Below are positions 7,759-15,649 of a DNA stretch of 37,312 nucleotides, piece after piece. The position numbers were made by a program, and so were the translations under genes. The notes under the pieces were generated by a model. It did no database searches. It was not told the DNA's origin and was given only the letters and a program-made list of their open reading frames with translations. The stretch lies in the sequence record DRR723986_8792. The stretch is one strand, 5' to 3'. Each line of letters starts with the position of its first letter. Positions within the stretch are counted from its first letter, which is position 1.

Positions 7759-9696
7759 CTAACGTAACTGAGTGATGCGTTGAAGGTAATCGTTCGCTTC
7801 GACAAAGGTTGGGTCTGCGGCGAGAGCTTGACGCAGATGTGACTCCGAAGCTTCATAGCGTTCTAAAGCGAAGTAGACTATACCGAGATTTAGAAGAGCT
7901 TCGGGGTAAAGCGGCCTGAGTTCTACAGCCCGTCCGAACTCCCTGCGCGCCCCTTCAAGATCGTTCCGTGCCAAAAAGGACATTCCAAGCCCAACGTGCG
8001 TCTCTGGTAGCGGAGGGCCGATTTGCTGAGCCCGTTTATAGTAAGTAAACGCTCGTTCGGGCATTCCAGCCGCAGCTAACGCCATTCCCATCTCCAAATT
8101 GGCCTGAACATGGTCAGGGTAGAGCTGCACCGCCTTTAGTAAGGTTTCCATTTCTTTTTGTGTGTCTCCACCGTTCCGCAACGCAAGGGCGAGTTCTGAG
8201 AGTGCGAGTAAGCTTGCTTTGGCGCCGGCCGCCCCCACATAAGTCTCGAGCCTTTCGACGGCCTTTTGGTTTCCGAGCTGACCAGAGGCAACCGCCTCAT
8301 AGATGCTGGTAGATTGTTCATCGACAGACGGACGGAGGGCGTTGTGATAGCGAAATACGTTCGTCGTAGGAGCAAGCGGAATGGGTTCGGCGAATTGCTC
8401 TAAGCGTTGTTCCTCCGGATTAGGTACAGCAACGATTTTGTGGTCGGTCATGACAGCATGAATGACATCCTGGGTTCTGCGTTTGGGCATGTGGCAGGAA
8501 ACGCAGTCAGCAGGAGTCGAGGTATGAGCTTCAGCCTGGGCCGCAGGGCCGCAAGCGTCAGTCTGGTGGCAATTGAAACATGCAGCACGGAAGTGTGCTA
8601 CGCGATTTTCCTCGGTCACTTTCCTGTGCGGGTCATGGCAAGTAGTGCAGGACATGGTACCCGAACGAATGTAGCAAGAGCTTTGATGCATTCGGTATCC
8701 GTGGTGGTTGATTTCGAAACGATCGTCATCGTCCTCATGGCGGGGGGACGCAGCTTCGTAGTCGAGCAGAGCGCGAAAATCACCTAGCTTTTCACCTGGT
8801 CGAAAAGAGAATTCTCCACGTCCCTCGCGGACCAACTCACTCAGAACTTGGCTTGACGGTTGCAGGTGGCACTGAAGGCAAACATCTTCCGCGCGATCCT
8901 TCGGTAATCTCGCTGGGTTTACAACAGAGGACATCACTGCTTCGCCAGAGCCTTCTTTCTTTGCAGCCTGTATGTGTTCGTCGCCAGGTCCGTGACATCG
9001 CTGGCATCCGATTCCGTGCGGCAGACGACTTGCGGCGAAAGTATGTGGTTGCCAATGTGCATCTTCGCCAGGCTGCATGTCCAGCGGGAATGCGTTGTGG
9101 CAGAACATGCACTCACGCGTTATTTTTCGTTGGAATCCCAAGTGATTTGGCTTGTCATAACCTGGGTTCATGCGCCAGGTCTGTTCTTTCGCGTACCATG
9201 CGAGCGGCATCTGGAACCACTCCCCGCTTGGCGTCGTGTACAAATACGAGCGTACGTTGTTTCCAGAACCTAGGATTGCATCAACCTGAACCTCCAGTCT
9301 ATTGACTTGTTCACCCTGGCTGTTTAGCTGGTACCGCGCCTGATAGAGCGCACCGTCGCGTTCGAACATTTCGTAGTGCCGCTGGCTCGCCGGGTGGAAG
9401 TAGTGACTTTCTGACAAGTTCTCACGATTCTTCGAATGTATCTCGGTATTCGGCGCATAGAACGACCGGGCCATTGCAACTTCTTGATAACTATCAAACA
9501 GCTCTGAGTGGCATTCCGCACAAAGACTGTCTGATACGTATCCCTTGGTCGGCGACTCAGGGGAACTGCCTGTGAGTCCCTGCACGCGACGGGGGGACGT
9601 TGGGTCTTCATTTGGGCGAGCGGGCGGCGGCGAAGTCGAGCATCCCAGCAGGGTAAGCAGACCAACCCCAATAGGCATTACAGAGCGTGCAAGCAT
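7759..9696 (-). CDS. Multiheme cytochrome c lipoprotein with C-terminal TPR repeats
   Basis: 645 aa. Lipobox LTLLGC. Seven CxxCH motifs (CAECH, CMFCH, CQRCH, CLQCH, CTTCH, CFNCH, CVSCH). C-terminal TPR-like repeats (AVQLYPDHVQANLEMG, AVELRPLYPEALLNLG). Confidence 0.9.
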   Translation of the reverse strand: MLARSVMPIGVGLLTLLGCSTSPPPARPNEDPTSPRRVQGLTGSSPESPTKGYVSDSLCAECHSELFDSYQEVAMARSFYAPNTEIHSKNRENLSESHYFHPASQRHYEMFERDGALYQARYQLNSQGEQVNRLEVQVDAILGSGNNVRSYLYTTPSGEWFQMPLAWYAKEQTWRMNPGYDKPNHLGFQRKITRECMFCHNAFPLDMQPGEDAHWQPHTFAASRLPHGIGCQRCHGPGDEHIQAAKKEGSGEAVMSSVVNPARLPKDRAEDVCLQCHLQPSSQVLSELVREGRGEFSFRPGEKLGDFRALLDYEAASPRHEDDDDRFEINHHGYRMHQSSCYIRSGTMSCTTCHDPHRKVTEENRVAHFRAACFNCHQTDACGPAAQAEAHTSTPADCVSCHMPKRRTQDVIHAVMTDHKIVAVPNPEEQRLEQFAEPIPLAPTTNVFRYHNALRPSVDEQSTSIYEAVASGQLGNQKAVERLETYVGAAGAKASLLALSELALALRNGGDTQKEMETLLKAVQLYPDHVQANLEMGMALAAAGMPERAFTYYKRAQQIGPPLPETHVGLGMSFLARNDLEGARREFGRAVELRPLYPEALLNLGIVYFALERYEASESHLRQALAADPTFVEANDYLQRITQLR

Positions 9697-9790
9697 TTAG
9701 AGTAAAGGGTTCATCAAGGGCAGGTGCACGTTATTGAGAAGGAGCGAGAGGGGAGACCCACTCTCGCTCAAGGAAAAATTCAATTCGCAA

Positions 9791-10822
9791 CTACTCGGGA
9801 GTTTGGAATACGAAACCGTCGTTTCGACGCCCAAGACGCTGATAAATCCCATGCGTAGGTTCGCAGGGAGCAACATCCCAAATACGGCAACCGCCGGCAA
9901 CGCTAGGTCGCCATTCAATGTTTTGCGAGATGAAGTGAATCGATCCATCGCAGTAGGCAAAAACTGCTCCGCCGGTGTGCAAACTGCCAAAACCGGCCTG
10001 GGCAGCCAACGCTGGTGAGGTGTTCCAACCTTGCGGTGGGTCGGTGATATTCAATTTTGGGCGAACGTTTGCAGTGACGTAATAGATGCCACGTGCGAAA
10101 GCTCCCCGTGGATTCCGAACGCCAGCCCACGTTCCCCCGCGTCCATACTGGCTATCACGTTCCCCCAACAAGAAAGTATTGCTGGTGCCGTCAGTGATGT
10201 CGCCATGACGAATGGCTGCGTTCTCCATAAACATACCGTGAGTATCCGTTACACGTTGAGGCCGATCTCGCGTGCCGCGATTGCACATATAGTTCGATTT
10301 TCCAGGCCGCCACTGTCCCCAACCGGCGACAGCCGTTCCACGCCCGCCACCAAAGTGCCGTTGCCGGTGGACTTGACCGTCAGTCTGTGTATCGCTGGGA
10401 CAGGAGAACGCGGAAAGTCCTTGCTCAAGAAGCGGGCGGGCAGCAGTGTTGGTAATGACTGGACTATTACCTGCAATTACATCACGGAGCGAAGCAGTAT
10501 TCACACCAAGTTGACCGTGGAGGTTACCTTGTTCGATGAACGGAAGTACTAAAGCCCCCCATCCCCATGACTCCTGGTTGTTGTTCGAACCATTAGTATT
10601 GTAAGGAGTGATGGCCGGTACAAAACTCATCGGAAAACGCTTGTGAGCGCTTTCGTAGTTTATGCATGCCAATGAGAGTTGTTTCAGATTGTTCGAACAT
10701 TGCATGCGACGGGCCGCTTCGCGGGCCGCCTGGACGGCGGGCAACAAGAGCCCAACGAGAATACCGATGATGGCTATCACCACCAGCAACTCTACGAGCG
10801 TAAAACCGTTACGGCGTTTCAT
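9791..10822 (-). CDS. DUF1559 family type IV pilin-like protein
   Basis: 343 aa. Prepilin cleavage/methylation motif RRNG|FTLVELLVVIAIIGIL, then LLPAVQAAREAARRMQCSNNLKQL, ITDGTSNT and HTGGAVFAYCDGS (H-X9-DG). Confidence 0.96.
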   Translation of the reverse strand: MKRRNGFTLVELLVVIAIIGILVGLLLPAVQAAREAARRMQCSNNLKQLSLACINYESAHKRFPMSFVPAITPYNTNGSNNNQESWGWGALVLPFIEQGNLHGQLGVNTASLRDVIAGNSPVITNTAARPLLEQGLSAFSCPSDTQTDGQVHRQRHFGGGRGTAVAGWGQWRPGKSNYMCNRGTRDRPQRVTDTHGMFMENAAIRHGDITDGTSNTFLLGERDSQYGRGGTWAGVRNPRGAFARGIYYVTANVRPKLNITDPPQGWNTSPALAAQAGFGSLHTGGAVFAYCDGSIHFISQNIEWRPSVAGGCRIWDVAPCEPTHGIYQRLGRRNDGFVFQTPE

Positions 10823-10996
10823 AGTGACGTCTCCCGTGTACAGAAAAGGACAGAACAGAAGCTCAACTTAAGGAAATCTGTTCGTCGATTCAACACCTTT
10901 GGGGGATTCTGACTCTTTTAGGGGCTTTTAGCGGGGGTTCTGGGCTCCTTGGGTGGTTTGTCTAGTCGCTTGCAGCGTCTTCGCGGGACGGCGCTG

Positions 10997-13561
10997 CTAA
11001 AACAATTGGAGTTGTTCTGATCGGTCAGGTCGGGTGGCAGGCAGGGCTGAGAGGATGCGGCCGGCGGCGGCGGTGCCGGAGAGAAATGCGCCTTCAACGC
11101 GAGAACCAGCCAGCCAATCGCCCGCTAAAGCGACTCGCTTGCAATCGCTGAACATTGATTGATATGCATGAGCCTGGCTCGTCGGAATCGCGTAACGCCA
11201 TCGGTGTGCGACGCAGCTAGCAACAGAAAACGCCGACGCTTCGAACTGCATGTTGCACTCGTGCGCTCCAGTCAGCAATTCTCTAAAGGCTTCAGAAAGC
11301 TGCTCCGCTACGTCGCCTTCGGTGCGCTCGAGATTTTTTTCGCTCCAGTCGGCGGAAGCATGAACCACAACGGTTGGCGCGACCGCACGACCGGGCTTGG
11401 AGGCGTTGAGTGCAAACCAGCTTATCGGTCCAGCATTCACGAAGGCACCGCCAAACGGTAGTTCGAGGGGGCGGTCGAGCAAAAGGAGAGCTGCCCAACA
11501 GGGCCTTAGCTCAAAACGATCAAGCTCATCGAAACCTGCGAATTGCGAGACAAGCTGCTTTGCCTGAGGAGCGACGGTGGCGATCACCGCGGAGTCGACT
11601 TCGGCCAGCGAACGCTCATCCGCCCCAACAAGTTCAACGCCCCTGTCCGATGGTCGCGCGTACTTGATTGGAACTCCAAGATGCGTCGGAATGCCCGATA
11701 GCAGTTTCTTGCAAACGGCAGGCATTCCGGGAACACCAACGTACCGCACGGGTGCAGGCCCCGCGGAATCGCGGCGAGGATTGCCGTCCGCACCTGACGG
11801 TGAGTTAAAAACTGCGATTGGAGCGTCCCAGCGTTTGACGAGCCCCTGTCTTTGCCAGGAGGTGACATAGCGACGGAATAGGTCACTACGAGCTGTGAAG
11901 TACTGCGCCCCGTGGTCCCAGTGTAGTTGGTTTAACGCAGTGTCTTGTTCATTAGTTCGGCGAAGTGTGCCATCTTCATTGGCTGCCATCCGGCGAGTAG
12001 CCATGCGTCCGCCAAAGCCCCGGCTCTTTTCGAAGACCTGTACATCGAGGCCATGGTCAGAGAGGATTCGTGCGGCAATCGCGCCTGACAGACCGGCTCC
12101 GACAACGGCCACTCGTATCCGCTTTTCAGGTCGCTTGAGTACATTGGCGCGAAACTTTGCGACATCGAGCCGCCTGGCGTGGTCAGCGGTGGATCGAGTT
12201 CGAACATGCCCGAAGACTGGTGTTTCTGGATTGAATGGCCGGTCGAATAGTCCAAAGCACCAGAGGATCCCTCCGTAGGAATTCGGGTCACGTCCGTCCA
12301 GCGCGTAGCGGTGATTTAGATCGATCGCCAGTTTCAGCGCCTGTCGTGGATGTTCGCACCAGTTCAAAAGTGCTTTGCCCCACGTCATCCGCAGATTGTT
12401 GTGCAGTTCTCCATGGCGAAGCAGAGAATGTTGAGCCGCGTTCCACAGGCTGTCATCGGTGACACCGCGAGCCAACTCCTCCCAAGAGTAAGTCTGTTCG
12501 CGGCGATCGGCTTGGTGGGCATCGAGTGTTTCGCGTGCCCAACTAGGCAGTGAATGCCAGGACCGGTGATTGGGAGTGAATTTGCAGTAGCAGTAAGAAA
12601 GCTCGCGCCAGATCAGCAACTCGTCCAAGTACTTCTCGGCTCCCTTTCCGCCGCGTCGATGTGCATCGCGAGCCAATCGCGTGGGAGCAACCATGCCGTA
12701 GTGCAGGTAAGCTGACATCCGACTCACTCTGGTGTACTGCGTTGCGTCGTTCCTCGCTTTGGCGTAGGAAGTGATGCCGCTGCCCAAGAAATCTTCCCAA
12801 CGCGAGTAGCCTGCTTGTGAGCCGCCTGGAGTGTCACGCACCGGAGCAATGGAGTGATCGATGTTGCAACCAGCTACTAACTCGGGGATTGAGTCTCGCT
12901 TGAAATTTACGCTTTGAATATCTTGCAGAATAGGGTGCTCGCAATACGCGGGCTGCTCGCCAGTCTCAATCCAAGGGAGAGCGACTCGTTTGTTGCGGGC
13001 CGACTCGGTTGCGCTGCGAAACGCGAAAGCTCGATCATATTTTCGCCCGACCGAGAGCATGGGAAGGACACAGGCGGTATCGACTAGCAGCAGTTTGGCT
13101 CGCTGCTGCGGCCCGAGCGAGCGAATGAATGCGGTCGTTGGAGCAGTTGGCAAATCTTCCGTAACGACCACGCGGGACGCGTCGATCAGAGCAGCCAAGG
13201 GCCGCTTTGTCGGATCACGCTCAAGATAGCAAACGTAGCGTATTCCCTGCTGGGCAAACGCATTTTCTAAGTCCTTCGCGGCTTGAAGGATAAACGTATG
13301 GTGGCGATTGCTGGCGTAGCGATAACGCGACGAAATACCTTGGTAGACGAGCAGTGGTAGTTCAAGCTGCTTCGCAAGCGTTTTCGCCGAGTCCAATGCG
13401 GGGTTCTCATCAACACGTAGTGCCGACTGCGTCCAGTAGAGAACGAAGTCGCCATCCGCACCGCCGACTTCTGCGACCGTTGTGGGACACGCTCGCTGAC
13501 CTTCCGCCGCGTTTGTTGTTCTCTCGAGCAAATGCGGTGGAAGTAGCTCAGAAATCTTCAT
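10997..13561 (-). CDS. phrB: Fusion of a class II-type deoxyribodipyrimidine photolyase (N-terminal, about 470 aa) and a renalase-like FAD-dependent oxidoreductase (C-terminal)
   Basis: 854 aa. Photolyase motifs: FVLYW..ALRVDENPAL, SRMSAYLHYG, YLDELLIWREL, HNNLRMTWGK, LDGRDPNSYGGILWCFG.FDRPF. Renalase motifs: VAVVGAGLSG, FEKSRGFGGRMATRR, DHGAQYFTAR, HRWRYA, GDWLAGSRVEGAFLSG. Confidence 0.9.
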   Translation of the reverse strand: MKISELLPPHLLERTTNAAEGQRACPTTVAEVGGADGDFVLYWTQSALRVDENPALDSAKTLAKQLELPLLVYQGISSRYRYASNRHHTFILQAAKDLENAFAQQGIRYVCYLERDPTKRPLAALIDASRVVVTEDLPTAPTTAFIRSLGPQQRAKLLLVDTACVLPMLSVGRKYDRAFAFRSATESARNKRVALPWIETGEQPAYCEHPILQDIQSVNFKRDSIPELVAGCNIDHSIAPVRDTPGGSQAGYSRWEDFLGSGITSYAKARNDATQYTRVSRMSAYLHYGMVAPTRLARDAHRRGGKGAEKYLDELLIWRELSYCYCKFTPNHRSWHSLPSWARETLDAHQADRREQTYSWEELARGVTDDSLWNAAQHSLLRHGELHNNLRMTWGKALLNWCEHPRQALKLAIDLNHRYALDGRDPNSYGGILWCFGLFDRPFNPETPVFGHVRTRSTADHARRLDVAKFRANVLKRPEKRIRVAVVGAGLSGAIAARILSDHGLDVQVFEKSRGFGGRMATRRMAANEDGTLRRTNEQDTALNQLHWDHGAQYFTARSDLFRRYVTSWQRQGLVKRWDAPIAVFNSPSGADGNPRRDSAGPAPVRYVGVPGMPAVCKKLLSGIPTHLGVPIKYARPSDRGVELVGADERSLAEVDSAVIATVAPQAKQLVSQFAGFDELDRFELRPCWAALLLLDRPLELPFGGAFVNAGPISWFALNASKPGRAVAPTVVVHASADWSEKNLERTEGDVAEQLSEAFRELLTGAHECNMQFEASAFSVASCVAHRWRYAIPTSQAHAYQSMFSDCKRVALAGDWLAGSRVEGAFLSGTAAAGRILSALPATRPDRSEQLQLF

Positions 13562-13614
13562 TAGTTTCGCCGTCGATTTGCAGTGAGGTGCTTCTGGGGG
13601 GCGTGGCTCACAAA

Positions 13615-13668
13615 GTAGAAGGAGGCCAACTAGTCAACGGAGGCCAACTGGTAGACGGAGGCCAACTG
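13615..13668. repeat. Three tandem 18-bp repeats
   Basis: GTAGAAGGAGGCCAACTA / GTCAACGGAGGCCAACTG / GTAGACGGAGGCCAACTG, with an invariant GGAGGCCAACT core. Located 54-107 nt upstream of the photolyase start. Confidence 0.85.
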
Positions 13669-13872
13669 TCTAGTGGCAAGATCGCTTACCGTCGTCACTC
13701 TGTCCATTGGTAGGTCAACCTGTCCATAGGTAGGATAGTGACCGTTCCAGTGGCTGCGATCCGCTTAGAAAGATGGCGCAGTATGCGACGGAGACGAACG
13801 CGATGGACGAGCGTTGTAGCAGGGGCGTCGTCTCGCAGGGGAGTCGTCTCGCTGGGCGGGTCGCCAGGGCAG

Positions 13873-14310
13873 CTAGTGCGTCGAGTCGACGCGGAATTGC
13901 TTCCGGGAGCCCGAGGGAGCGTCTGCGAAACGCCAGAACGAGATCTTGTCCTCGCCGATTCTCCAGGATAAATATGCCGCTCGACCTTCGACGGTCGTCG
14001 GGAATTCAATCTCACCGCTCTCAGAATGCCGCAATAGGACGCCCAAGCTCTCGAGCTCTTCTCGGTACGAAAAAATGCGGTCGTACTCAGCCTGCAAATC
14101 TGAACGGCTTTCTGCCATTTCGTCTTTGTAGGCATTGCCGCTGGAGCCCCCGCTTCTCATCAAGCGATGGAGGTCGGATCGCCGCGACGTGACTCGGCAG
14201 AAGATCTCGGAAATGTCGACAGCGATGGACCGTACCAGGGGTAGCATCGCGTTCGCCTCTTCCAAGGAAAACCGCTTGGCTAACTTAGTCTGTCCTGCAC
14301 TTTCGTTCAT
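13873..14310 (-). CDS. DUF2203 family protein
   Basis: 145 aa. KRFSLEEANAMLPLVRSI..ELESLGV..GEIEFP..AYLSWRIGEDKISFWR pattern. Confidence 0.85.
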   Translation of the reverse strand: MNESAGQTKLAKRFSLEEANAMLPLVRSIAVDISEIFCRVTSRRSDLHRLMRSGGSSGNAYKDEMAESRSDLQAEYDRIFSYREELESLGVLLRHSESGEIEFPTTVEGRAAYLSWRIGEDKISFWRFADAPSGSRKQFRVDSTH

Positions 14311-14734
14311 GACCGGACACGCACGGTGAAATGATGAAGGTCGTCTGAGACGGAGTATCTCTACTAGCTAAAACCGACAACTCAGAGCCTACGGTAACTG
14401 AAGCGATTTCGGAATACCGGCCACGCGATTATTCGTATTGCCGCACCGAAATTGTTCGCCGCAAATACCTGAGCAGTTCCGCTGAACAGTTCCTCTGAGC
14501 AGGTGCCTTCTGATCAGCATAATCAACCTGGAACGGAACTCCAGCTTCAATTGAGGGGCACATTCGCAAACCGCCTCAAGAGTTCTTTTCGTCAAATTGA
14601 TCTTGGTAAGTGAAGCGGATCGTATCGATTCTGTCGGCAGTTTTTCCGATGTTAACCTTGATCTCCTTTGTTTGTCGGATACCGCTCGGACTCCGACCAG
14701 CATCGGCGTTTGATGAACACTCAGGGGGCAGCAC

Positions 14735-15643
14735 ATGCGACATCGCAAAATCACGACTCACCCTGTGCTTCTTGCTACGTTGATCTGCCTCGCAACGGCC
14801 CCGCTCAGGCAGGCGTGCAGCCAGTTGACTCCCCAGCGGTCCGCGGCGCCTTCGGCTAGCGATAGTGACACTGCAGGTGCCGCCGCAGCGGGCACAGCTC
14901 AGGCCAGTGGGCCACGTCAGTGGTATGTGCAGGACCCTATCACGGGGCAGATCTACCGGCAGGAATTGATAGCAAAAAGGGAGCAGGTGTCTGGCTGGGA
15001 AGCAGTACCCGCGACTCGAACTGTCTACGTTCCGACACGCACCATACAGTTGGTGACGGAGCCTCGGATCCAGTACGTTCCGCAAACGAACTATGAATTG
15101 CAGCCAAAGATGCGGGGGTTATGGAATCCGTTCCGGCCGCCGGTTCACACCTGGGAATCCAAGTTGGTGACGCGCTGGGTACCGCAGAGGGTTAATACCC
15201 AGCGATTGGCTCCGAAGCAGGGCTTTGTCGCGACCAAGCAGACTGTCATTGAGCATCGCCCGGCCACTCGCACGATTCAACGTGAACAGTTGGTATCGAC
15301 GCCGGTTCAGAGAGCTCCTGGGCAGGTACAAACAGGAAGTCTCCGCCAGCCGCTGGCAACGGACTCAGGGCCTTCCCGAGTTGCTTCGTCCCAGTGGCAG
15401 TCTACTCGAAGCTCCGGCATGTCCCCTCGGCTCGCACAAAGTGGTGCGGCGGTGCCTTTCGCTAGGGCACCGCTAACGCCAGCCAATAGGCCGATTCAGG
15501 CAGGTTTCGCTCGCCTCGCAGCAACAACACTAGGAGGGCGATCGCAGCCTAGCTACACGGCCCCTTTGAGAGTGGCGACGACTCCAGCATCTCGGGTTCG
15601 CGATGCGACTCAAGCAGGAATGAACGCAACCATCCTACGCTAG
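14735..15643 (+). CDS. Secreted hypothetical protein with a beta-rich Thr/Val/Pro segment and a low-complexity tail
   Basis: 302 aa. Hydrophobic N-terminus (VLLATLICLATAPL) and TRTVYVP/IQYVPQTNY/TRWVP repeats around a WNPF motif. Fills the gap between minus-strand genes and ends 6 nt from the next stop codon. Confidence 0.72.
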   Translation: MRHRKITTHPVLLATLICLATAPLRQACSQLTPQRSAAPSASDSDTAGAAAAGTAQASGPRQWYVQDPITGQIYRQELIAKREQVSGWEAVPATRTVYVPTRTIQLVTEPRIQYVPQTNYELQPKMRGLWNPFRPPVHTWESKLVTRWVPQRVNTQRLAPKQGFVATKQTVIEHRPATRTIQREQLVSTPVQRAPGQVQTGSLRQPLATDSGPSRVASSQWQSTRSSGMSPRLAQSGAAVPFARAPLTPANRPIQAGFARLAATTLGGRSQPSYTAPLRVATTPASRVRDATQAGMNATILR

Positions 15644-15649
15644 CGCGAA

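Noticed and set aside
13615-13668. Possible CRISPR mini-array
   Set aside because: The period is only 18 bp, there are no spacer-length unique sequences, and no cas genes are in the window.
14576-15085. 169-aa minus-strand ORF
   Set aside because: Largely antisense to the 14735-15643 gene, which has a signal peptide and coherent composition.
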